Positions 47,349 through 57,661 of a stretch of DNA of 64,000 nt are shown here, piece by piece; position 1 is the stretch's first letter, and each line of letters starts with the position of its first letter. The DNA is taken from NCBI GenBank assembly GCA_000091205.1, contig AP006487.2; one strand, given 5' to 3'. A program made the position numbers and the translations under genes. The stretch is from Cyanidioschyzon merolae. Lineage: Eukaryota. The notes beneath the pieces were generated by a model. It was not told the origin of the DNA and did no database searches. It saw only the letters and a list, made by a program, of their open reading frames with translations.

Positions 47349-48990
47349 GTGGCAAGAAAGACGACTGTACAACGAGATGGTGGTGAAAGCCTTTCTTCTT
47401 GGACATATCAAGGATCCCTACAGGGAAAAGTTGCGAGACGCTATCGAAAAACGTGTCGACTCGTATTCCGAGAGTATTATCAAGGCGTCGTCAGGGCTGA
47501 TGCATTTGGCGAGGGAGATGTATCGCGACATGGCGCACATGGAAACAGTCGAGATTCCGGACGAGTTTCTCGACATGACCTTTATTTGTCAGCTAATGCT
47601 TGGTACAGCGGAAACGCGGAAGGAAAATGTGCTAGTGCACGCCCTCCACGAAGAACATACCTTTTACAGCTTCAATGGTACTCGATACAAGGTGACGGAG
47701 ATATTTACATCTATGGGGCGATGAAGTACCTCACGAATCTGAAGAACCATTTGACAATGAACCTCGAACGTTTCACGGTACGCGCCGTGTGTGCACTCTA
47801 CCCGGGCCTATCTCGCAAAGGAAAATGGGCGATTATCAATGGCATCACGAAAGATCGTAAGCATGAAGATGAGACGGATTTCGTTGACAAGAAGGCGTCA
47901 AACGAGAGCACGAATGAAGCTTCTGTAATCCGTGCTGCTATTCAAGAGCACCGTGCAATCCTGGGACTGGATTATCCAGCAGAAAAGATATCAGAGTTGA
48001 AAAAAGATAAGGAAACATACGATCGCCTCATTCTACGGTATTTCGTGTTTCTGGACCAAGAACTCGAACGCGAGGCGGAGATGAAGGTGAATAGGGGAAA
48101 AATGAAGAGTGGGAGAGACGGAAGGCTGTCCTAACGGGGAAGCGCTTCAACGTGGTTCCATTGTGCAACATCAAGTCAGATTTTGTGACCATCGGCTCCG
48201 GCGTCCTTTACGGCATCATGAAGCAGATCAGTCCGGAGTTCAGTGTCAGCAGGGAGGACTTCACCGGCGAAAACCGGGAGACGTACTGCAAGAGTATCTT
48301 CGATTTCAAACGTCTGAGAGTGAGCAAGCAAAAGTTGTTTACTGGGATGATCGTAACCGATGGAGTAGAATTGTGTGCAAACTATCGGCGGTTGAAGAGA
48401 GATCGGCCAGTCCCTCCCTCGGCTGCGCCCGTGACGAAGGATCAAGAAAACAAAGAGGTGTATCCTGCGACGCAGGAGGTGGAGGATAGAGACCTTGTCG
48501 TTGACGTGACCAAGGATGAAGAAAGGGAGGAGGCGGATCTTGCGACGCAGGAGGTGCAGGATTACGACCTTGTCGTAGGCGTGGACCCTGGGAATACGAA
48601 TGTCCTAACCATCGCAGCACCGAAGCGTGCGGAAGATGGAAAAGTGCCAGCGGAATCCTGAAGATATACAAAAGTACGGACCGCTGACGGAAGGGCGAAT
48701 GGAAAGGAGAGCGAAAGTTCGAGGATTGCTTGCATCAGTAAGTACAACCAGTGATGGCAAGAAACGGATGGAGTTTGTGAAGCGAGGTTTTAATGCCGCA
48801 ATCAATCTACGGAGATGTGCGGTGCTAGAGAATAAACCTCCAGACTGGACAAGAAGGAACCTTGTTGGACAATCTCTCAAAGGTGAACTATATGAGAGAA
48901 AGCTGGAAGCAGTAGTGGGTAGCCAGTCCAAAAAGACGGGGGGGGGGCGTCTGCACGTCAGCTGGAGACGATTTGTCTAAGGCGCGTTCG
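47349..48990 (+). pseudogene. TnpB/Fanzor-like OMEGA nuclease gene, most complete copy (C); frameshifted and internally deleted
   Basis: Collinear ORF fragments in frames 1, 0, 2, 0 (47377-47724, 47349-48134, 48152-48661, 48627-48980) join with single-nt shifts. Fragment 3 ends with a RuvC-I-like motif [17 protein letters not shown]; fragment 4 carries RuvC-III KRMEFVKRGFNAAINLRRCAV. RuvC-II and the zinc finger are absent (only ~70 aa between RuvC-I and RuvC-III). The 3' tail is homologous to relic A to ~48965. Confidence 0.5.
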
Positions 48991-49117
48991 CCGCCATTGC
49001 TGCGTACTGCCGGCGTCGTTCGACTTCGAACGGCGTTCGTGACCGAAGCTCATCCGCGGATCCAGCTGCACGCCGCTGCTTCATTCAGGACGCGTTGTAT
49101 AACAACGTCAGGGAACC

Positions 49118-49438
49118 ATGACGAAAGGAACATCTTCCAAGGGTCGCCGTCACGGCAAATCACATACACTCTGTATCCGTTGTGGACGACGATCGTACCA
49201 TATCCAGAAAAGTACCTGTGCGAGCTGCGGGTACCCGTCGCCGCGAAAGCGGACTTACAACTGGAGTTTGAAGAGCAAGCGGCGACGCACTACAGGAACT
49301 GGGCGCATGCGGTACTTGAAGACGGTTGCTAGACGGTTTCGAAACGGGTTCCGCGAAGAGAACACTCGTAAGGCGATAAAGAGGACAGTGGCTGCCGCTC
49401 CCGCACAGGAGAGCGGCCAGGAAGCAGCGAGCTCTTGA
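49118..49438 (+). CDS. RPL37: 60S ribosomal protein L37e
   Basis: [81 protein letters not shown] is a near-full-length match to eukaryotic L37e including the C4 zinc ribbon. Confidence 0.95.
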   Translation: MTKGTSSKGRRHGKSHTLCIRCGRRSYHIQKSTCASCGYPSPRKRTYNWSLKSKRRRTTGTGRMRYLKTVARRFRNGFREENTRKAIKRTVAAAPAQESGQEAASS

Positions 49439-50849
49439 TTCGGAGTAGACGCGGCGCTACCCGTGTAGCACCGTATGCAGCGCAGCCTCTCGTCGGAGAG
49501 CAGCGATTGAGGTTGCTAATGGGGTCTTTATGTGGTGAATCGAACTGGTGTAAAACTTCTTCCGAGTGTCCCCTAGCGCTCATACCAACACCCATGGACG
49601 TTACGTCGCTCGTATCGCGTACGCGGTGCGCGCTTGTCGCAGCACGTATTGCCGTGGCCCTTTGCGGGTCCGTCGAGCAACTTTGTACCACAGCTGCATG
49701 GCTTGCGCTCTTGTTTATGAGCCTGGTACGACGCGAGCCGATACGTTCCAGTCCCGACTGGAGCGCATCGGGTACCCGTTCCCGCTTGGAAGCTTGGGCA
49801 CCCATCGCACTGCGTCGGCAGCGTTCCTAAATCGCGCATATCACCAACGATGGCCCGACACGAAATGGTTTCCGCGCGTCGATTCTCTTCCTTCTGTCCT
49901 GAATAGGCGGAGAACATCATGGCTTGTCCATGCCTACCGGTGCATGAGCACCCATCCAGGAGTCGGTCGTGAGCGTTCTCGATCAGTGCTCTGGAGGCCG
50001 CCAAGTTCATTTGAGGAAGCCCGACTTGCATGCGATGCGGCATGCAGCGGCGGGAAATGGCCTGCCGCTTCACACTGGGCGTAAAGTTGGGAGCAGTTGG
50101 CGTTGCTGACTCGCCGTTGTCGTTGTCGATGGCGAGTCGTGTACTTCGCTCGTGCTGAACTCGATGCAAAAATTGCTCGCTCGCATAGAAAACATGATAT
50201 TCGAATCATGCGCATATGACGGACGGCGAATACGCGCTACAGCACATGGGCAAAGCTAGTCCACGCTGCGACTCGTATTCTTCCATCAAGCCCGAGGTTT
50301 CCCGATGGATAGGCCGAAGGTTTTCGCAGGTTTGCGATCAGCGCTAGCGCGGGCGCTGGGCATTCATTCGTGCTCCTGGCTTGTGCTTCGTCATCGAACT
50401 TGAGCTACTCCGCACCGCAATCATTCCCGGAAACGGCACTGGTTACTCTTCAACTGGCATGCATTTCGGTATTTCGCGGCATCGACGACGGCGTACACTC
50501 CTGATGCACCACAGCGTAGAACTCTTGCTCCCGGGAGATGCCACTATTATCTTGCTTGCTGAACGTGTAAGCAGTTACGAAACTAGGGCGCGCTGCTCCT
50601 CCATGCAAGTCGACAAATATCGTGTTCTGGAATCTGCTCTGATACATCCGTTCTACATCATAAATGAACGTATCATCTATGCTGGCGTCGTAGCTCGTTG
50701 TCCAGTACTGCGCGGCGATGGTATTGCGGGTATCGTCCCGAGCGCGTCAGGCAGCGCTGCTGGTCCGCATCGACAAGGGCATTGTAACCGGGACTCGCTT
50801 TGCGAGCTGGGGCGCTTTACACCAGGACTTGTTTGCTGGGTGGAAGGGC

Positions 50850-52019
50850 ATGGAGTGGCCTGTCCGTTTTCATCGACTGCCTGGCGCTTTGCGGTTGACG
50901 GATACCGTTCTTCAGTTCCTGCCTCTGGATCGCGATGCAACCGTTCGCATCATACCGCTGAGTCGGGTGAAGCAGGTTCTGGTATCGGCCCCGGGAAGCC
51001 GCGTACACCTTCTAAAACTACAACTGGAGGATGCAACCTCCGCAGTTTTCGAGTTTGGCGGGGACCAGCGGTCCCGTGACCAGGCACGTGAGGCGATCGC
51101 TCGTGGGCTTCGGCGTCGTGGGGAGGTGGTGGCGGCGGCGGCGGCTGCAAGGCCCGTGGACGACCACGATCCGCTCTATCGGGAGCTGGTCGAGTCCGGT
51201 CTTGTTCCTGAGGATGTTTATCGCCTGTATGCGCCGTATCGGGAGGCAGCAAGCTGGCAGGCGAGGCTTTTCCAGGGTGGCACGCTTGTTGAGGCACCCG
51301 CGCAACGTGCCGGTCTACCGTCGGCACTCTTATCGGAACTTCGACCCGCCGAGGAGAGCGGGCGCCGTGTCAAGTATCGCTTTGATCCGGCAACTATTCA
51401 TCAGATCTTTGTAGAGGAACCTGCGGTTCAGCGCGCCTACGAGGATACAGTGGCTCGTGGCGTCCTTGATGAGAAAAGCTTCTGGAAAAAGTATGTTGAA
51501 ATGCGGACGGCGTTGTCGGCATCTGCAAATGGAGTCAGGCCCAGTGATGCCCACGCTGCCGCACGTGCCTTTTTTGCCAAATACGAACAGCATACTCGAG
51601 ATCATTCAAGCCGGAGCGATCATGAGAACGAGGCTGCGGGAGCTTCGCAGAGCGCGCTCCCTCTCGACGTGGACCTTCGCCGCAACGAATACGCCTCGCA
51701 GGAGCATCGTGAGGAGCACCTCGCTGATGCCCTCGAGCTCCTCCATCGTTTCAACCGTCATGGTCAACTGGTAATGGATGCGAGCCACTTTCGACCGGAA
51801 GAGCAGGAGTGGTTGAAACGTTCTTCCCTGATTCTCGAAGAGCTGGTGGAATCGCCTGCCTCCGATTCCAGCGATGACAACGTTGAGCTCGACGGCCGCG
51901 CCTGCGACGCAACAGTGCTCGCCGCTGGCCTGCTTCCCGCTCCATTTCAAATAGAGCGGGTCGCTGGTGAAGCCTATCGTGCAGCACTTTGTGCGCTCTC
52001 CGATGCAAATCTGTGCTAG
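50850..52019 (+). CDS. TFIIH subunit p62/Tfb1-like (PH domain + BSD motif), putative
   Basis: N-terminal PH-like region (MEWPVRFHRLPGALRLTDTVLQFLPLDRDATVRIIPLSRVKQVLVSAPGSRVHLLKLQLEDATSAVFEFGGDQRSRDQAREAI) resembles the p62 PH domain; BSD-like motif KSFWKKYVEMR. Shorter than metazoan p62. ORF-track start 50718 lies upstream of the first ATG. Confidence 0.55.
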   Translation: MEWPVRFHRLPGALRLTDTVLQFLPLDRDATVRIIPLSRVKQVLVSAPGSRVHLLKLQLEDATSAVFEFGGDQRSRDQAREAIARGLRRRGEVVAAAAAARPVDDHDPLYRELVESGLVPEDVYRLYAPYREAASWQARLFQGGTLVEAPAQRAGLPSALLSELRPAEESGRRVKYRFDPATIHQIFVEEPAVQRAYEDTVARGVLDEKSFWKKYVEMRTALSASANGVRPSDAHAAARAFFAKYEQHTRDHSSRSDHENEAAGASQSALPLDVDLRRNEYASQEHREEHLADALELLHRFNRHGQLVMDASHFRPEEQEWLKRSSLILEELVESPASDSSDDNVELDGRACDATVLAAGLLPAPFQIERVAGEAYRAALCALSDANLC

Positions 52020-53116
52020 GGTTCCTGCTGCAGCACACAATATGCACAGCGCGAGGATCCATGCCCCCGCAGATGCCACTGTATGTTACCTGTTGGCAGA
52101 CAGGGCACATACAAGAGGCAGGGCGCCTTGGTATCCCGCGAACACGCAACAGCCTGTGCGGATGCGAGACGGACTGTTGCACTATTGGCCAGTATCCGAA
52201 TCGAATGGAGCGTGCATCACCCGTGACCAGCTCGAGCTGTGCTATTTTTTCAGCGACTGACCTGTAATCGCGAACGCCCATGCATAGCCAGGACGGCGTC
52301 GATCCGTTCCCTGGTTTCAATAGCACAGGCGATGTCGAGAACGGCGCAAATAGGCTTGCGTTCACATCATGAAACCTCGATGACAGCTCATGAGGGTCAT
52401 CGCACAGTCGCGAAAAGGCATATTGTCCAAGGCGCGTGTCGACATCGACCGGAACCCGTCGGCCTGGTGAACGCACCATGGCGTGCCGTCTTCAGGCATA
52501 ACCTCTCCGCGATGCGCGTTCGCGTTCGAGCGTGATCAAAAAGCTGTACCTTGTTTTGCCGAAGACTGCAAGCACCCAATTTAGGGATGACGTAAACGCC
52601 CCTGTACGTTACGGTGTGCCTGGTTCCCGAGTCGCGCTCGTTCGAACCGACAAGTCGCCTACCCGCGAAGAAACCAAGCACTGGAGGCGTTTTTCAACAA
52701 GCTACTGCTTCGGGTCCAACGGGATGCGCTTTTCGCCGTCGCTGCGCCTTAGCAGTGCCTCCTGCTGATCCTGAAGCCCGGTTACGCGTGATCGCAGGAA
52801 CGAGAGAGAGTCATCCCTGGAAAACACATTATCAAAGCGATTTGCGCGCCACTTCACTGGTCCCGAATCACACGGGTAAGCATCTTGTCCAGGAGGGGAA
52901 TCGTCCGTCCATTCGTACACGGCGCGTCCATGTTCCCGGGAATCCGTATGCATCTTAAATGCCGCTTTCGACGCCGACACCCTGTTGCCCCAGTGAACAA
53001 GGAGGTGTCCCTCTGCTCGACAAATTGCCTTGCGAGGCGGAACGCAGGTGTGCGTGGATCGCTGCGAGCTTCCGGTACGCTGTCGATTGCCAGCGGTACG
53101 CCCGCACTCGGGTTCC

Positions 53117-54289
53117 TCAGCTTGTCGATCGAACGATTCGCCCTACGACAACAGTCACATCATCCGCTTTGCCGCCATAATACCAGAAGCCAGCACTACG
53201 AGCGTTCACTGCAAATGGCGACATTCGGTTTTCGTCTGCTGCGAGCGTCACCGCCATCTGTGCCAAGCGCGTTGCCAGGTCTTGCAGCACAGGCGCGCCG
53301 TCCACAATCATCGCTGGTGCGGGTGCACAAGTGTTTGGCTCAGTGGCGATGTGCATTTCCCGACGTGCGTGGCCATCCGGCTCGCTTTTCAGCGTGGATT
53401 TGATCACAGCATTCGCTCGGGATCGCTCCGCCGGCGGCACGTCTGTTGCCGCCGCTTTCTTCTCAGTACGCTCCCGGTACCAGTCCTGAATGCAATCAAC
53501 AATTTCTTTATCGTACACATTGTCGAAAAGGCCGTCTGTGCCCAGAACGAACCAGTCGCCCGCCTGCACTTCGAAACGGTCCACGAACGCATCGTACGCG
53601 GTATCTTTGCTCTGAGATCCGAGCTGATACGGGCAGTTGAAGTAGTGCTGTTGTTCTTTCGAACGAAAGATAACATCGCCCTTGCGCATGACCAGGAGCC
53701 CAGAATCCCCCAAGTTCACACACGTGAGCGTACCACGTCGCGACACGACCTCCGCGCTCTCCAACGGAGTACTGAGCGCCACGAGGCACGCAGTGCAACT
53801 ACCGACCACATCATTGGACGCGGCCGCTTGATCCAGGACACTAACCAGGCTACCAGAAGCGTCCATACTTTCTGTGCCTGCACGCACGAGCTCGGCAAGC
53901 CGCCTTGAATAGAGGCCCGGATCGACGCCTAGCGCCGACCAGCCACCGACACCGTCGAAAACACCGGCTGCTCGTTTTGTGAGGAAGAACGCGTCCTCGC
54001 CACCACGTTGGCGCTTGTTCGGATGCGGGATCATTGCGACACCCGCTTGGAAGTGAAGTCGTCGGCTGCAAACTATCCACCAGGCAGCGTGGCTAGGCAC
54101 CCGCGGGGCATACCAGGCGGCTCGACGGCGCTCGGCAACGTTCCGTAGACCAGCTTCCGTTCGATTGGAAGCGAGCGAGCTCCACGGTCGAAAACTGCAC
54201 GAAGCAGCACTCGCTCCCTGAGCGAACACCCAGCCGGTCAAGCGATAGTTAGCTGCCGCCTCTGCTGCCCAGAAAAACGCCCTCGTCAT
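53117..54289 (-). CDS. PTC7: PP2C-family protein phosphatase, PTC7 subtype (likely mitochondrial)
   Basis: GEDAFFLTKRAAGVFDGVGGWSALGVDPGLYS, CLVAL, LTCVNLGDSGLLVMRKGDVIFRSKEQQHYFNCPYQLG, LGTDGLFDNV, MSPFAVNARSAGFWYYGGKADDVTVVVGRIV align along PPTC7. Likely start MTRAFFW at 54289, just downstream (in gene orientation) of the (GAAC)n tract; the ORF track extends to 54712. Confidence 0.85.
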   Translation of the reverse strand: MTRAFFWAAEAAANYRLTGWVFAQGASAASCSFRPWSSLASNRTEAGLRNVAERRRAAWYAPRVPSHAAWWIVCSRRLHFQAGVAMIPHPNKRQRGGEDAFFLTKRAAGVFDGVGGWSALGVDPGLYSRRLAELVRAGTESMDASGSLVSVLDQAAASNDVVGSCTACLVALSTPLESAEVVSRRGTLTCVNLGDSGLLVMRKGDVIFRSKEQQHYFNCPYQLGSQSKDTAYDAFVDRFEVQAGDWFVLGTDGLFDNVYDKEIVDCIQDWYRERTEKKAAATDVPPAERSRANAVIKSTLKSEPDGHARREMHIATEPNTCAPAPAMIVDGAPVLQDLATRLAQMAVTLAADENRMSPFAVNARSAGFWYYGGKADDVTVVVGRIVRSTS

Positions 54290-54305
54290 CGCAACCGTTG
54301 CAAGA

Positions 54306-54350
54306 CGAACGAACGAACGAACGAACGAACGAACGAACGAACGAACGAAC
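54306..54350. repeat. (GAAC)n microsatellite, ~11 units
   Basis: gaacgaacgaacgaac... read directly; lies in the 5' leader of the PTC7-like gene (encodes FVRS repeats if the upstream frame is used). Confidence 0.95.
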
Positions 54351-54379
54351 AGGTAGTGCAAAGAACACACCGTACCGGT

Positions 54380-55055
54380 AAGTCGCGCGTGCCGTGGAGG
54401 CGAACGCTGTCGTTCATTCGGCAGCGCTCGAGGCTGGCACCGACTTGCCCGACTAGATGCACTACTTTTTGCTCTTTGACCACAGTGAGATTGATTAGTC
54501 AGGTGTGTGTCATCAAATGCCTTATTCGGTTTATAGCAGATGGGCTGCAAAGTGCGTTCATTTAGAGAAATAGAGAATATAAGATATAGGTATGGAGATT
54601 GAAGTCGAGGATCCTGGATTGCCTCTGTCCACGGGTGTCGGAAAAGAACGGGAATTTTCTCATCTTTTCGACGATCGAGCGAAGAAGACCAAGAAGAGGG
54701 GAGATGGACCACAAAAATGTGTTTGCCCGACGGGGCGATGACGAGAATCTAATCGCACAGAGGGCACGAGTTCTGGCAATCCCTGCATTGATGCGTTGCA
54801 CCAGATGAACTGCATAGAACGGCTCGTGAACGGAGACTTCGACGTCACAAGCAATATCAGGAGATGTGCGGTGCTGAAAACGAGACTCGCGGAGCTGACG
54901 CGAACTAAATTCGAGTGGCAGCCTCTAATACCCCCAGTGTGCCTGGATAAAAACCGCAACCGATGGCAGTCGGCGGATAGAAAAAGACTGGGCGGTGTCT
55001 GCGCGTGGGCAGCTATATGTACTCTCGATGGTGGTAAAACATTGCACGTTTTATA
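54380..55055 (+). pseudogene. TnpB/Fanzor-like relic D (~680-bp element; subfamily with relic B)
   Basis: Encodes AQRARVLAI... and ERLVNGDFDVTSNIRRCAVL in adjacent frames (RuvC-III region with a frameshift); extensive nucleotide homology to 41800-42485 on both sides. Sits ~90 bp upstream of the PTC7 start, on the opposite strand. Confidence 0.45.
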
Positions 55056-56596
55056 AATCATATGCCGAAGAGCAAGTTCGATTTGCAGCGTATGGAACCT
55101 AGTAGCGTTTCTTAAGCAAGTCTGGTCGTTTTCTACGTAATCAGAAGCATTTGCTCCGCCATCGCTACCTGAATGGAATCATTGATCCTGCATCATCAAC
55201 ACTGATTCCGTTGCACAGGACGTACGTAGAGCGCAATGATCACCGTGTGACGCCATGGCTCGCCAAAGCTCCAGGATCCGAGCACTGTGCAGGGACCAGC
55301 GAAGCTGCCGACTTTGTGGTTCCTCAAATGATAACACCTCGATTCGCGTCGAACGGTCTTCTGATCCACCAAAAAAATTTGGTGGGTCGTGATTTTGCGT
55401 TCTCCAAGCACGCCTCCATACACTGCTGCATCAGAGAACCCACTCGAAATGATGCCGTGTCCGTTATTGAATGACGCTTCCGAGCACTGGGCCTGCATGA
55501 AGCCGGTAGTCGATCCCTGAACGCTTCATGCGCGGACACGTACTATGCATAAGACTCGGAAACTCCGGGCTGCACAGGTCCATTGTCTGATGCTTCCAGC
55601 ATCAAAGTCGATCCCCGCTGACTGCCTAGATGACAAGCGAGATCCGCGTACAAGCCCGAGATCCCGTGCATCCAGCATCAAACGCGATTTCGCTCTACTG
55701 CCCAGAAGCGCAAGCATGAAAGCGTCTTGCTCCCGTATTCGACTGTTCCCGACAATGGTCTCGGGCATATGTTTGCTCCCGAATGAATACACCTTCGTGG
55801 AGCGCGCAGCATAGTGCTTTCTTTCCATCGCGCAAGATCAGAAAAGTCTAACCAGTTCTACCACGGATGCGTGTCGCGCGCTGGGCGTCGTACACGACCA
55901 CGATGCCGTGCATCCACCGATTCTCATGATGCAGACACGGTGTATCGAAGGAGTCGATTCTGAGTAGCCGAACGGTGTCGATACCAGCGCCTGGACCTCA
56001 CCATTTCCGCGCACGCTTCTTCCTTCTTCTATGCCAGCAGCAGCGTTCCTACATAAAAAACCCGCGCCATGAGACCTCTATCCGTCTACTGGGATAGCAT
56101 AGGCCGGCCGCACTTGCTTGGCCGGGCACATGCGCTCGATTCGAAATCCTGTCAAAGCACAGTGCCATCCACGTAACCTGCAAAAGAGCGGAGCTTCTCA
56201 GTAAAGCCTGTGTTTGCCGCCTGCCCGAACGAGGTATCAGAAACGTGCTCACCGACGCGCTGCGCACCGGCGCCTTCCAGCGCTGGAAGCAGTGCGCCTC
56301 GAGTGCACGGGTGCGGCGCCTGCCTGCCTGCCTGCCGGCTCCTCTCTATTCCGCTAGCGAACCAAGCACCCTGCTCTTTCCCCAGACACCTTGTCCACTG
56401 TGGAGGCCGCTCAGCTACAACTCCGACGTGCAGCGTCTGTCCACGATCAACACGAGTACGCACCTTGTGAAGGGTACAGTCGCGAGATACGTATGCTGGG
56501 CGCCAGCGCTGGCAGGTAGGCGGCGCCCCGCGCATTCTCTGCACACCCGAGGCGCGTTTTCGCGACTTTCCGTTACGTGAAGTTGGTGTCGGGTTC

Positions 56597-57661
56597 ATGG
56601 CGTTTCTTTCAAGTTGTCCGGGTGGATCGTGCCTGACACGAGATCATCATAAGCATCGGTTGGCGATCCGTTCTCGTCTGCAACGGTCTCTGTGTTGCAC
56701 GACGGCTCGCACCGAGCAGCAGGTCCAGGCCCAAGAGGTGGAGCGCCCCAAGCACTTTTTCGGACGCGTTATTACCGCTCTGGTGACGCCATTCAAATTG
56801 ACTGGCGTTGAGGTGGACTATGGTGTTGCTGAATCTTTAGCTGCTCACCTTGCTGAGAACGGTTCGGATGCGATAATTGTTGCAGGCACCACGGGAGAGT
56901 CGGCAACGCTGACCTGGTCGGAAGAGTACGAACTCTTTCGGGTGGTCAAGTCGGCCGTTGCAGGGACAAAGTGTCGGGTGATAGCGGGTGCTGGCTCGAA
57001 CTCGACGGAAGAGGCGATTGAGGCGACCAAAAAGTCGGCAAAGTTGGGTCTCGATGGAACCCTACAAGTTGTCCCGTACTACAACAAACCCCCACAACAG
57101 GGTATTATGGCACATTTTCGGGCGATAGCCAACGCAGCACCTGATCTGCCTATGATGCTCTATAACATCCCCGGACGCACGGGCATCAATATGACAGCGG
57201 AAACGTCGATCAAGCTGGCGGAGATGTGTCCGAATATCGTGGCGCTGAAGGAAGCATCAGGCAACCTGGAGCAGTTTGCTCGAATTCGGCGAGCAACGTC
57301 ACCCGACTTCGCCCTGTACTCTGGAGACGATGCGCTGACGCTTCCGCTTCTATCGCTCGGAGGCAATGGTGTGGTGAGCGTTGCCTCTCATTTCATCGGT
57401 CCCGAGATCCAGCGGATGATTGAGCACTTCGTGGACCTGGGGAATCCAGAAGAGGCGTTTCGAATTCACTGCCGATATATGGACCTGTTCGAGGCACTCT
57501 TCGTGATGGCGAATCCAATACCGGCAAAAGCAGCGCTGCGTTTGCTTGGCTGGCCGGTGGGCCCCACGAGACTTCCGCTCACGGATATCACAGCATCCGC
57601 AGAGCAGCAGTTGCGGCAGGCCATGATTGCGGCAGGCCTGCTTTCCAATGGAAGCGGATAG
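56597..57661 (+). CDS. dapA: 4-hydroxy-tetrahydrodipicolinate synthase (DapA, lysine biosynthesis via diaminopimelate)
   Basis: VTPF, AGTTGESATLTWSEEYELFRVV, IAGAGSNSTEEAIEATKKSAKLGLDGTLQVVPYYNKP, YNIPGRTGINMTAE, ALKEASGNL with the catalytic lysine context; ~55-aa N-terminal extension relative to bacterial DapA. Confidence 0.9.
   Translation: MAFLSSCPGGSCLTRDHHKHRLAIRSRLQRSLCCTTARTEQQVQAQEVERPKHFFGRVITALVTPFKLTGVEVDYGVAESLAAHLAENGSDAIIVAGTTGESATLTWSEEYELFRVVKSAVAGTKCRVIAGAGSNSTEEAIEATKKSAKLGLDGTLQVVPYYNKPPQQGIMAHFRAIANAAPDLPMMLYNIPGRTGINMTAETSIKLAEMCPNIVALKEASGNLEQFARIRRATSPDFALYSGDDALTLPLLSLGGNGVVSVASHFIGPEIQRMIEHFVDLGNPEEAFRIHCRYMDLFEALFVMANPIPAKAALRLLGWPVGPTRLPLTDITASAEQQLRQAMIAAGLLSNGSG

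Noticed and set aside
47349-48990. Calling Fanzor-like copy C an intact functional nuclease gene
   Set aside because: At least three frame disruptions and only ~70 aa between the RuvC-I-like and RuvC-III motifs (RuvC-II glutamate region and zinc finger missing); best described as a decayed copy unless short introns are demonstrated.
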